Of a stretch of DNA of 29,507 nucleotides, positions 1 through 9,550 are shown in pieces. The stretch is from an uncultured Verrucomicrobiae bacterium. Lineage in GTDB: Bacteria > Verrucomicrobiota > Verrucomicrobiia > Limisphaerales > JAFGQR01. The stretch spans positions 1 through 29,507 of the forward strand of contig CAWBHS010000094.1 in NCBI GenBank assembly GCA_963788655.1, given 5' to 3'. Both the position numbers and the translations under genes were made by a program. The first letter of the stretch is position 1, and every line of letters starts with the position of its first letter. The notes under the pieces were generated by a model. It was given only the letters and a program-made list of their open reading frames with translations. It searched no databases and was not told the DNA's origin.

Positions 1-260
1 GACCGTCAGCGTGCGCTGAACTAAGCCATGCAGCGCACATCATAAAACTGAACAAGCGAACAATCCTCTTTGGCGTCTTCATTTGCAACTCACACTTTCC
101 AATGATTGGCAAAATTGCTCAACAGCAACGAACAACTCCGACTTCCACAGTGGCGACCCCTGTCAGCTTCCGCGGCGGGCAAGAGACAACATCCGCTAAA
201 GTGGCTGAGTGGAATCATGAACGAATCCTACGAAGAAGCAAGGATGAATTTCAAGAAACT

Positions 261-274
261 TAAGATATGTCTTA
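261..274. promoter_or_regulatory. Near-perfect palindrome TAAGATATGTCTTA, candidate operator of the downstream XRE regulator
   Basis: TAAGA-N4-TCTTA dyad (6 of 7 pairs) in an AT-rich patch, ending 36 bp before the GTG start at 311. Confidence 0.5.
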
Positions 275-310
275 TGGGCGCTCGAAACGGTTGCTGCTTC
301 CGTCTGCGGT

Positions 311-532
311 GTGCCGTTCGTTCCGAAACATCGCCGGATCTTGGGGCAGCGAGTTCGGCTATATCGCAAGCTAAGTCGGCTGACCCAGGAAACGCTGGCT
401 GAAAAAGCCGAATTGACTCCCACGTACATCAGCGATATCGAACGCGGTCGCGAAACCATATCCGTCGATGCTTTGCAACGCATCTCCAAAGCGCTTGGCG
501 TGAGCTTGGAGGATTTGTTTCGAGGAATATAG
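311..532 (+). CDS. XRE-family helix-turn-helix transcriptional regulator (HTH_3; resembles restriction-modification controller C proteins)
   Basis: 73 aa with LTQETLAEKAELTPTYISDIERGRETISVDALQRISKALGVSLEDLF, a classic HTH_3 pattern. Confidence 0.9.
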   Translation: MPFVPKHRRILGQRVRLYRKLSRLTQETLAEKAELTPTYISDIERGRETISVDALQRISKALGVSLEDLFRGI

Positions 533-653
533 GCCTGCTGAAGATGAGTTGACCCACAAGAGTCTTTGTTTACGCTGCGAAAATTGTGCGCGACGCACCA
601 GAGTCACGCCCAAGGCGGGGAATTTCCGGTTCCACAATTCTTTGAACTGTCGC

Positions 654-3600
654 TTATTCGTCCCCGTTGCTCTTGCGTTCCCAGGGGCGTGGGGCGCGTT
701 CCGGCGGGGAGGTGTCCACCTGGGCGTAGTAGGTTTCTTCGCCGAACAAATCGTCGGCGGCTTTTTGGAGGGCTGGCGACGGGGTCACAAAATACCGTTC
801 GTGCGTCTCGATGAAGACAATCTCCCCGGTCGGACGGATGAAGCAGAGATAGAGCGGGCAGCGTCCCGGGTGCGCGGTCGCCAGGTCGCGGGCGGATTCG
901 AGCTTCTCCGGCGTCAGGTGGGCGGTGTGCAGCCGGAAGTGAACCTGCCGCGTGTATTTCTTGGGCGCGTCCTCCAGCGGCATGATTTCCTGCGGGAAAA
1001 TCTTGGGCTTGTCCTCGCCGTTGTTGACTTCGCCGACCACCAGGATCGCCTTGTTGGGCACCAGCAACTCGCGATACTTGTCGTAGTTCTCGTTCATGCA
1101 CAGCATCTGCACCGAGCCTTCCAGGTCCTCGAGCGTCACCATGGCGTACGGCTTGCCGGTTTTCTTGGAAACGCCCTGTTGCACGGCGGCGATCAGCCCG
1201 CCGATGCGCGTGAGCGTGCGGTCCGGCAGTTCCTTGGCGGTCGATCGAGTTGTGCAGCGCGTATTTTTCGAGCAATCGGCGCGCATGGGCGTCAGCGGAT
1301 GGCCGGTGACGTAGAAACCCAGCAGTTCCTTTTCGTGCGGCCAGCAATTCGTGCTGCGGCCATTCGGGCAAAGCCGACGCCATTGCCGGCGGCGGGCGGC
1401 GCTGGACTTTCCTCCAGCATGCCAAAGAGCGAACTTTGCCCGCGCTGACGGTCCGCCGTGATACTGGCGGCTCGCGCCAGGGTGCGGTCAATCGCGGCAA
1501 ACAACGACGCGCGCGTTTCGCCGAAACAATCGCAGGCGCCGCACTTGATCAGGGCTTCGAGCACCTTGCGGTTGACCGTGCGGCTATCCACCCGCTCGCA
1601 CATGTCCGTGAGAGGACTGAAGTGGCCGCTTTCCTGGCGCGGCCTTGAGGATGGTTTCCACCGCCACCTGCGCCGACGCCTTTGATGGCCGCCAGGCCGA
1701 AGCGGATGCCTTTGCCGTCGGGCGTCCGGCTGCGAAGCACCACCTGACTTTCGTTCACGTCCGGCGGCAGCACTTCCATGCCCATGGCTGCGGCTTCGTT
1801 GAGACGATGCTCAGTTTGCTCGGTCGTGCCCATGTCGTTGGTCATCATCGCCGCAGAGGAACTCGACCGGATAATTGGCCTTCAGATAGGCGGTCTGATA
1901 GGCGACGATGGCATAGGCGGCGGCGTGCGATTTGTTGAAGCCGTAGCCGGCGAACTTCTCCAGCAAATCGAAAATCTGGTTCGCTTTGGCCTCCGGGATG
2001 TTGTTCACCTTGGCCGCAGCCCTTGACGAACATCTCGCGTTGCTTGGCCATTTCCTCGACCTTCTTCTTGCCCATGGCGCGCCGCAGCAAATCCGCGCTG
2101 CCGAGCGTGTAGCCGGCCAGCACTTGCGCGGCCTGCATCACTTGCTCCTGATAGATCAAAATGCCGTAGGTTTCCCGGCAGATGGGCTCGAGCAGCGGAT
2201 GCTGCGTATTCGATCTTCACCTCGCCGTGGCGGCGTTTGATGAAGTCGGGAATCAGGTCCATCGGGCCGGGACGGTAGAGCGCCACCAGCGCGGTGATGT
2301 GCTCGACGGAACTGATCTGGAACTTGCCGGCACAGATCGCGCATCCCGCCGGATTCCAATTGGAACACGCCGACGCGTATTGCGCCTTGTTGAGCAGGTC
2401 GTAGGTCTTCGCATCGTCGAGCGGCAGGTGGTCGATGTCGACGTCGATGCCCTGGGTGTGCTTGACCATCTCGCAGGTGTTGCGGATGACGGTCAGCGTC
2501 TTCAGCCCGAGGAAATCCATCTTCAACAAGCCCGAGGTCGCCGACCGGTCCCATGGCGTATTGCGTGACGATGGTGCCGTCCTCGTCCTGCTTGAGCGGC
2601 AGCAGATTCACCAGCGGTTCGGCGCCGATGACCACGCCCGGCGGCGTGGACCGAAGCATTGCGCGTGAGGTCTTCGAGAATGAACGCGGTGTCGATCAGT
2701 TCGCGCGTGATCTCCTCGGTCTCGTAAGCCTGCTTGAATTCCGGCGATTGCTTGAGCGCCTTCTCCAGCGTCATCTTGAGTTCGAGCGGAATCATCTTGG
2801 CCAGCCGGTCGCATTCGCCGTAGCTCAAGCCCATCACCCGCGCCCACGTCGCGCACCACCGACTTGGCGCCCATCGTGCCGAAGGTGATGATCTGCGCGA
2901 CGGCAATCGCGGCCATATTTCTCGCGCACGTACTCGATCACGTCCGCCCGCCGGTCGTCGGCGAAGTCAATGTCGATATCCGGCGGGTTGACGCGCTCGG
3001 GATTCAGGAACCGCTCGAACAGCAGCCCGTAGCGGATCGGGTCCACGTTCGAGATCTCGAGCAGGTAGGTGACCAGCGAACCGGCGGCCGAACCGCGCGC
3101 CACGCAGGCAATGCCCTTGCTGCGGCCATACCGGACGAAGTCGCCGACGATCAGAAAGTAGCGAAACGAACCCGGTCTTCTCGATGACCTCCAGTTCGGT
3201 TTCCAGCCGGTCGATCACCACCTGGATTGCGGCGGCCACCGCCGGATCGGTGTGATCGGGGGGCGTGGCACCGGCGGTGTTGCCGTTGGCGGTCGCCGGC
3301 TGGTAGGACGGCAGGCGGCGTGGGATCATCAATGCCTTCGACGATGAATTGCTCCCCTTCCGCCCGCGCCCGCAGCGTGTATCGACGTTGGCAGCCCTTC
3401 GGCCAGCAAACGTCGCAAATAGCCTTCGCGGCGTGAAATGTTCCGGCGGATCAAAGACCGGGTAGTGCAGTTTGCCGAACTCGATTTCCAGATTGCACTT
3501 TTCGGCAACCTCCAGCGTGTTCGGTCACCGCCTCGGGCACTTCGGCGAACGCGCCTTCATCTCCTCCGCGGAACGCAGATAGAACTGCTGCGGCTGGTAG

Positions 3601-4329
3601 CGTCATCCGTTTGGGGTCATGCGATGGTCGTCTGCGTGCCGATGCAAATCAGGCAGATCGTGCGCGTGCGAATGGTCTTTTCTCGACGTAATGGACGTCG
3701 TTGGTGGCAACCAGCTTGAGCCCGAATTCCTTGGCCCATTCGATCAAATGCCGGTTGACCTTGGCCTGCTCGGGAATGCCGTGGTTTTGGAGTTCGAGAT
3801 AAAAATTCTCCGGGCCGAGCGTTTGTTTGAACCAATCGATGGTGTCGCGCGCTTTGTCCAGTTCGTCGCTGGATGATCAATTCGGGAATTTCGCTGGCCA
3901 GGCAGCCGGACATCGCAATCAGGCCTTCCTTGTGCGCGGCTAGCAGTTCCTTGTCGATGCGCGGTTTGTAGTAATAGCCCTGCAAGATGGCCTTCGGTGA
4001 CCAGCTTGATCAGGTTCTGGTAGCCCACTTCGTCCTTGGCCAGCAGCCCGAGATGATGATAAACATCCCGGCCGCCGCTGGACGACTTCTTTTCCAACCG
4101 GCTGCCGGGCGCCACATACACTTCGCAGCCAATGATGGGCTTGATGCCCGTTTCGCGCGCCGCCTGATAAAAATCAATGGCGCCGTACATGACGCCGTGG
4201 TCGGTGATGCGCCAGCGCGGGGAATTTCAATTCATGGGCCTTGTCCACCAGCCGGTCGAGGCGGCACGCCCCGTCGAGCAGCGAATACTCGGTGTGCAAA
4301 TGAAGATGGACAAAATCCGCATGCGACAT
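654..4329 (-). pseudogene. dnaE: DNA polymerase III alpha subunit, broken by many frameshifts in this sequence (likely consensus errors rather than true decay)
   Basis: Collinear motifs across shifting frames: [16 protein letters not shown] (PHP), [91 protein letters not shown]-fold LEDLEGSV. Start ATG at 4329; intact C-terminal ORF ends at 654. Confidence 0.95.
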
Positions 4330-4475
4330 GCCGCAAATGTACGACGCCGTTTGTGGCTGGCGCAAGCCCGGAGCCCATCGGATTAAGAGTTGGAACCGCG
4401 TCCCGCTCCACTCGCCACACTAACCGATTTCCACACTCGCCTTTATTCACCGTTCCCCTTAACTTTTTTGCCCCT

Positions 4476-5726
4476 ATGGCATGGCGCATTCATGACAGCG
4501 TGCAGCGGGGGGAAGTGGACAATCGCGAACGTGACCTCGTCCGGGGCAAGATTTGGCTCGACGGCCTCGAGGAACCGGTGGTGCTCGAATTGCAGGGCAA
4601 TGCCTGTGCCGATCTCGCCGGTTGTCTGCTGACCTTCGAGAATCCAGGTAAAACCATTCCCATGCGATCCGACGCCCGCTTGCACCCGGTCCAACGGGGC
4701 ACGATTGGCGACCTCACGGCGTCGCGCAAGGTGCGGGTGTTCGATTTGCCGTTCGCAGAAGCATACGAGCGCAAAAAGAAAGGGCTCCCAGTGCCCGAGC
4801 ACCTGGCCAATTCCTTGTATCTCGAGTGGTTCAGCGACTTCAATGGCCGCGTCGTCATCGAGAGCGCCGATTACACCCTCACCATCTCTCCGCCGGCTTG
4901 GACCCTCGATCCGAACGAGGAGCAACAGCGGCAGCAACAAGCGGCGGAAGGTTTCGCCGGTTTCATGGGCAAACTCGGGGAAGCTCTGGAAGCGACCAGC
5001 CATCGTCCACCGGACGACAAGGAATGGGACGAGTTCGATTACGAACAACTCATGCGCGAGAGCGATGCCCGCACCGACAAATACGGGGAGTTGCTCGACA
5101 AGTATCAGGACCACCCTGACCGCGAGCGCATCGTGGCCCGTGAAATGGGTTGGACCTGGATCGAGGAAGCCCTCGAGGAACAGGCGGCTGCACAGGCCGA
5201 GCGCAACGAAGCCGAGGCAGACGCCGACGATGATCCGTTCGCTGCGAATGGGGAAGCCGCCATGGCCATCGAGGTGCCGGACGACGAGCCGCCCTTGGAG
5301 CCGGACCCGGCCACCGAAGGCGTGGATTGGGTGCGCGACAAACACGGCGAACTGAGTCATCCGCTGGTCTTGCGGGCCCTCGATGGCAGCGTGGCTTTTT
5401 GGCGGCAGTGCTGCGAGCTGAAGTTGGTCAAGACGGAAGACGACGCCCTCGTTCGGTTGCACGAAGAATACCAAATTTGCGGTGCCAAACTGGCCGGCGC
5501 CCTCAACGGCCTCGCGTATGGCCGGGACCTGCGGGAAGGCGCCTTTATTGTCGCCTATCTCAAGCGCGCCTTAAGCCACCTGCACGCTGCCCTGGCCGCA
5601 TTGGAAGAGGTGGCGTCCAAGAACCTGCTGCCAATGGAACTGCTGGCCACTATCCGCACCGAGATGTTTGCCCTGCGTGAGGAAATTCTGCGGTTGATGG
5701 AAGAGTTCCGCGGACCATCGAAGTAA
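4476..5726 (+). CDS. Hypothetical protein (~416 aa; beta-rich N-terminus, acidic linker, helical C-terminus)
   Basis: Likely start MAWRIHDSVQRGEVDNR at 4476, since the upstream part of ORF 3987..5726 is antisense to dnaE. Protein-like composition; no motif recognised. Confidence 0.8.
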   Translation: MAWRIHDSVQRGEVDNRERDLVRGKIWLDGLEEPVVLELQGNACADLAGCLLTFENPGKTIPMRSDARLHPVQRGTIGDLTASRKVRVFDLPFAEAYERKKKGLPVPEHLANSLYLEWFSDFNGRVVIESADYTLTISPPAWTLDPNEEQQRQQQAAEGFAGFMGKLGEALEATSHRPPDDKEWDEFDYEQLMRESDARTDKYGELLDKYQDHPDRERIVAREMGWTWIEEALEEQAAAQAERNEAEADADDDPFAANGEAAMAIEVPDDEPPLEPDPATEGVDWVRDKHGELSHPLVLRALDGSVAFWRQCCELKLVKTEDDALVRLHEEYQICGAKLAGALNGLAYGRDLREGAFIVAYLKRALSHLHAALAALEEVASKNLLPMELLATIRTEMFALREEILRLMEEFRGPSK

Positions 5727-5742
5727 ATCAACCTATCGTGAT

Positions 5743-7344
5743 ATGAAATCCAATTTCCGGAGACTGAAGCTGCTGGGTTGGGGGCTGATCTGGGCCAGTG
5801 CCCTGGTGTTGCCCATGCCCGCCGCCGAACTAACCCTGCAAACCACCCAATTGTTCAACGGTTCGGGCAACTGCGCGTTCTGCCACGATCAGTGGGGATC
5901 GGCCCTATTGGATCGACGTGGGCGCGACGTTTCCCTCGTCGGCGACTGGCGTGGCACCATGATGGCGCATTCCTTCAAAGATCCCCTCTGGCGGGCTCGC
6001 ATGGAGGCCGAGGTTGAAGAGAATTCGGCACTGAAGAATTTCATCGAGGACAAATGCCTGACCTGCCACGCTCCGATGGCGCGTACCCAGGCGGTTCGCG
6101 GACGCACCGGTGCATTGTCCTACGCCCGCGCCAGCCAGATAGAGCTGGCCAGCGACGGAGTCAGTTGCACTTTATGCCACCAGATTCAACCGGACAATCT
6201 TGGCCGGGAAACCAGTTTCAGTGGGCGCTACCACATTGCCGGCACCCGGGAAATCTTTGGTCCGTACCCGGACATCTTTCCCGGTCCCATGATGCACCTT
6301 ATGAACTATGAACCGAAGTTTGGGAAACACGTTCATGATTCGGGCCTCTGCGCCACCTGCCACACGCTCTTTACGCCCATCCTCGACGCAGACGGCAAGA
6401 CCATCGGGCAGTTCCCCGAACAAACGCCCTATCTCGAATGGAGGAACAGCCTCTATGCGCAACGCGGCAAGCAATGTCAGGATTGCCACCTGCCGCGGTT
6501 GGACGAACCGGTGAAGATCAGCGCGCGTCCGCCTTGGCTGGGAACGCAGCAACCGTTTTGGCGCCACCAGTTCACGGGCGGCAATGCCTTTATGTTAACC
6601 CTGCTGGCCGACCAGGCCCCGGCAATCAGCGCGAATGCCGCGCCCGAACAATTCGCGCGCATCATTCGCAAAACGCGCGCCCAGTTGCGCACCCAGACCG
6701 CCCGGCTCCGGGCGTCGGCGTCGATTGAAGAGGCTGCCTTGGTGATCAAGGTCGAAGTTGAAAATCTCACCGGACACAAATTCCCGACCGGCTTCCCCTA
6801 TCGCCGTGCCTGGCTGCACGTGAAGGTCGCCGGCCAGCGGGACGAGGTCCTTTTCGAGTCCGGCGGCACGGACGAATTCGGACGCATTCGGGGATTGGCA
6901 ACGGCCAACCCGCCGCACCACGACAAAATCGAGCGACCGGATCAAGTGCAGATTTATCAGGTGGTGATGGCCGACCAACAGGGAAGGCCCACGTGGTCAT
7001 TGCTGCGGGCGCATTCGCGGCTCAAAGACAATCGATTGCCACCTCGAGGGTTTGTCGCTGACGGTCCGGAGCAGGCATTTACCAGCGTCCGCGGTCAGGC
7101 CACCGGCGATGCCAACTTCAACGCCAACGGCAGCGGGCAGGATCAAGTCACCTACCGGATTCAACTCGCAGCCGGCGCCGCACCCGCGACGGTCGAAATT
7201 GAACTGCTCTACCAGCCGGTGCCGCCCGAGGCTGTGGCCACTTTGATCGAGTCAGACTTGCCAGCCGCTCGGACGTTTGCCCGACTCTACTCCCGCGCCG
7301 ACAAAACCCCGGAGCGGATTCAATCGCTGCGCTTGGAACTGTAA
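5743..7344 (+). CDS. Secreted pentaheme c-type cytochrome
   Basis: Sec-type signal peptide; five CxxCH motifs (CAFCH, CLTCH, CTLCH, CATCH, CQDCH); C-terminal NLTGHKFPTG motif typical of this multiheme family. Confidence 0.88.
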   Translation: MKSNFRRLKLLGWGLIWASALVLPMPAAELTLQTTQLFNGSGNCAFCHDQWGSALLDRRGRDVSLVGDWRGTMMAHSFKDPLWRARMEAEVEENSALKNFIEDKCLTCHAPMARTQAVRGRTGALSYARASQIELASDGVSCTLCHQIQPDNLGRETSFSGRYHIAGTREIFGPYPDIFPGPMMHLMNYEPKFGKHVHDSGLCATCHTLFTPILDADGKTIGQFPEQTPYLEWRNSLYAQRGKQCQDCHLPRLDEPVKISARPPWLGTQQPFWRHQFTGGNAFMLTLLADQAPAISANAAPEQFARIIRKTRAQLRTQTARLRASASIEEAALVIKVEVENLTGHKFPTGFPYRRAWLHVKVAGQRDEVLFESGGTDEFGRIRGLATANPPHHDKIERPDQVQIYQVVMADQQGRPTWSLLRAHSRLKDNRLPPRGFVADGPEQAFTSVRGQATGDANFNANGSGQDQVTYRIQLAAGAAPATVEIELLYQPVPPEAVATLIESDLPAARTFARLYSRADKTPERIQSLRLEL

Positions 7345-7358
7345 ATCCGGAAGCTTTC

Positions 7359-8207
7359 TTACTTCCCCAACTGGTGTAGTTTCTTCAGCGCCGCCTCCGC
7401 CACGTCGAAACCGTCGCCATTGGGCCCGCCCATTTCGACGATGTACCAGCGGGTGCGGCACGTGGTTTCGCACAGGTGAAACACTTCCTTGTAATAATCG
7501 CTGTCGAACGTTTTCTCCTGGTGCTCCTTGATGTGAATGGTCTGGGTCCGGCCAGGGAACTTTTTGAGCATGGCAATCGGATCGCCATTGCCGGCCAGGC
7601 AATTACCCACGTCCATCTGCATGACGACTTCGGGCTTGGTCTGGCTGAACAAGTGATCCCAAGCAAACCGGCCATCGATCTTCACGAAATCAAACGGATG
7701 CGCATGGTAGCCGACGCGCACGCGTTGCGCCTGGCAGGTCGTGGCCGCTCCGTTCAGCAGGGCGGCCAGTTCCCTGATCGAATCCAGGTTGCCCATCTTC
7801 TCCGGCGCCGCGGCCACGATGATGTAGCGGTTGCCGAGGATTTGATTGTTCTCGATGGTGCGTTTGAGCGTGTCGCTCTCGATGGCTTTGAGCTGGTGGT
7901 GCATGCCGCAGCATTTCAGGCCGTTGTCATCGAGGAACTGGCGCAGTTGCTTGGCGCTGTAATTCTGATAAACGTTCGGGGTGCCGCCGTAGCCCCAGAA
8001 CTCAACGCCCTGGTAGCCAATCCGGCGGATCGCTTTCAACGTATCGGGCACGCTGCGGGCAAACTCGCCGCGCACCGCATAAAGCTGGAGGCCGATGGGC
8101 AGCTTCCTGGTGCCGGCTTCGGCCGCGCGCATCAGGCCTTCGCCCAGGACGCAACCGCTGACCAATCCGAAGCTCGTTTTCAAAAACTGACGACGTGAAG
8201 TATTCAT
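7359..8207 (-). CDS. Tat-exported sugar phosphate isomerase/epimerase (xylose isomerase-like TIM barrel, AP_endonuc_2)
   Basis: SRRQFLK Tat motif after ATG at 8207; IGLQLYAVR, GYQGVEF, GYHAH, MQMDVGN, IHIKE and IVE metal-binding motifs. Confidence 0.9.
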   Translation of the reverse strand: MNTSRRQFLKTSFGLVSGCVLGEGLMRAAEAGTRKLPIGLQLYAVRGEFARSVPDTLKAIRRIGYQGVEFWGYGGTPNVYQNYSAKQLRQFLDDNGLKCCGMHHQLKAIESDTLKRTIENNQILGNRYIIVAAAPEKMGNLDSIRELAALLNGAATTCQAQRVRVGYHAHPFDFVKIDGRFAWDHLFSQTKPEVVMQMDVGNCLAGNGDPIAMLKKFPGRTQTIHIKEHQEKTFDSDYYKEVFHLCETTCRTRWYIVEMGGPNGDGFDVAEAALKKLHQLGK

Positions 8208-8409
8208 GGTGTGAATAGTGAGGTATTTATGTTTGAACTGCAATGCTTTGACCTCAATGGATTCATGGTCCACACGCTGTGCAGCCAGATGTAAGCCCGC
8301 CAGAGACGAACCGTCAAATTTCAAAAACGACCCGCATAGTGCGCGCCCGCGATAGCATCTCGTTCAGAAGACTGTCTTCCTGTGGTGGCGTGAGTAAGTG
8401 TGGGACCGC

Positions 8410-8427
8410 AAGGCCAAAGGCCTTTTT
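8410..8427 (+). terminator. Short hairpin with T-tract (possible intrinsic terminator) at the distal end of the cassette array
   Basis: AAGGCC-AAA-GGCCTT followed by TTT. Confidence 0.25.
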
Positions 8428-8439
8428 GCGAGGCACGCT

Positions 8440-8462
8440 TCGCCCCAGCCGCTTTGCTCGGC
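8440..8462 (-). repeat. Degenerate left half (R'' side) of an attC after cassette 3
   Basis: Minus strand GCCGAGC-AAAGC-GGCTGGGG just after the stop at 8469. It matches the cassette-3 start core GTTCGGTGTC apart from transitions; no right arm found. Confidence 0.4.
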
Positions 8463-8468
8463 GTTGCG

Positions 8469-8913
8469 TCAGTGTTCATTTTGGGCTCCTGCAAACGTTT
8501 TGAAAGCCGAGAGCGAGCAATCGGCCGGGTGGCTATCGAGAAAGGCACGAAAGATCCTGCCTGAGATGTGCTCCGATAATTCAGTAACGTTGGTGCCGGA
8601 AACTTGGAAAATGCGTCCCGTATCAAGAATCGGGAGTTCTGTGCCGTCTGGGTTGCAAATATGAACCCAAGCCTTGCCGTCGGAGGTGCTGCCTCCAGAA
8701 CTGTACATGCCCCTGCCCATCTTTTGAGAAAGGCCCACTGATCACGGCGTAGCTAAGAACATCACCAGCTACATGATACTCAACCATCCAGTCTCCCGCC
8801 GCAGTTGGCACCACTGTGGTCGTCAGAGGGATGGTCACACTGCTTGATCGTTCACAGCCAGAGAACAACATCAACAGTCCGGAAAGAAGGGTAATCGAAC
8901 AGAATCGTTTCAT
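8469..8913 (-). CDS. Cassette 3: putative lipoprotein of unknown function, split by one frameshift near 8730
   Basis: MKRFCSITLLSGLLMLFSGC lipobox. The first frame turns atypical after ...SGP; the second frame (8738..8469) continues to a stop next to the degenerate R'' site. Confidence 0.6.
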
Positions 8914-8929
8914 GATCCGAATTATTGAC

Positions 8930-9053
8930 ACCGAACGTCCCAGATCAGGCACAGCCGCCGTGCCTGGCTCTTGACTGAAACGATCGCGTTCAAATCTCAT
9001 AAACCGGTCAACTGCCGGGCGGGGCGGCTGTGCCTGCATCTGGCTTGTTGGGC
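8930..9053 (-). mobile_element. attC recombination site (124 bp, canonical)
   Basis: Minus strand: R'' GCCCAAC, 5 nt spacer, L'' AGATGCAG (extrahelical G), stem GCACAGCCGCC...GGCGGCTGTGC, L' CTGATCT, 5 nt spacer, R' GTTCGGT. Confidence 0.9.
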
Positions 9054-9403
9054 GCTGCCGATGCACGATTTGTCCATGCGGCTGCTATTGCTCCAGCCAG
9101 GAACCCAACGACAATCCATTGAATCACGATAGCAATAATCCACGCATTCATCATTGGCTCTGCATCACCCCCGTGGAGTGAAATAAAGGGAATCGGACTG
9201 ACGGACCAGAGCCATACTATGACTTGCGATGGAAAGTGCAGCAGCTCGTACCACGGTGCAGAAGCCAACTGCTTAAAAACGGGAAGCCAAACCCAGCTCG
9301 GTCCCCATGCTTCGCTCCAAAGTGGAGTGGCCATTACGACCCCCACGGCGGCCCCAATACACCCGAACAAGCCGATAGTCTTCGTGAAGTGTCGGCGCTT
9401 CAT
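9008..9403 (-). CDS. Cassette 2: small integral membrane protein of unknown function
   Basis: ATG at 9403, 21 nt after the R' core; about three hydrophobic segments; the C-terminal tail reads into the attC. Confidence 0.7.
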   Translation of the reverse strand: MKRRHFTKTIGLFGCIGAAVGVVMATPLWSEAWGPSWVWLPVFKQLASAPWYELLHFPSQVIVWLWSVSPIPFISLHGGDAEPMMNAWIIAIVIQWIVVGFLAGAIAAAWTNRASAAPNKPDAGTAAPPGS

Positions 9404-9424
9404 ATTGTATTCGCTCTCTTCGCC

Positions 9425-9550
9425 GCCCAACGATCAGCGACCGCCGCCGGAAACGCCCGGACGGCTGCAAGAGTCGCAGACAAATTATCCGAACCGTCCG
9501 ACTGCCCAGCGGGGCGGCGCTCCGCAGCAATACACCCTTTATTGTTAGCC
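9425..9550 (-). mobile_element. attC site (126 bp) with intact R boxes and central stem but damaged L boxes/spacers
   Basis: Minus strand: R'' GGCTAAC ... CGCCGCC / CGGACGG ... CCGTCCG / GGCGGCG ... GTCGCTGATC, R' GTTGGGC. Confidence 0.75.

Noticed and set aside
549..1448. 299-aa plus-strand ORF and other long antisense ORFs (4443-5474, 7476-8198, 12930-14063, 23300-24358)
   Set aside because: Shadow frames of real genes in GC-rich DNA; no motifs
654..4329. Naturally split, intein-containing or programmed-frameshift DnaE
   Set aside because: No intein terminal motifs or LAGLIDADG blocks, no consistent slippery sites, and far too many breaks
3987..4475. N-terminal 163 aa of the 579-aa ORF
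   Set aside because: Mostly antisense to the dnaE PHP domain; the plausible protein starts at ATG 4476
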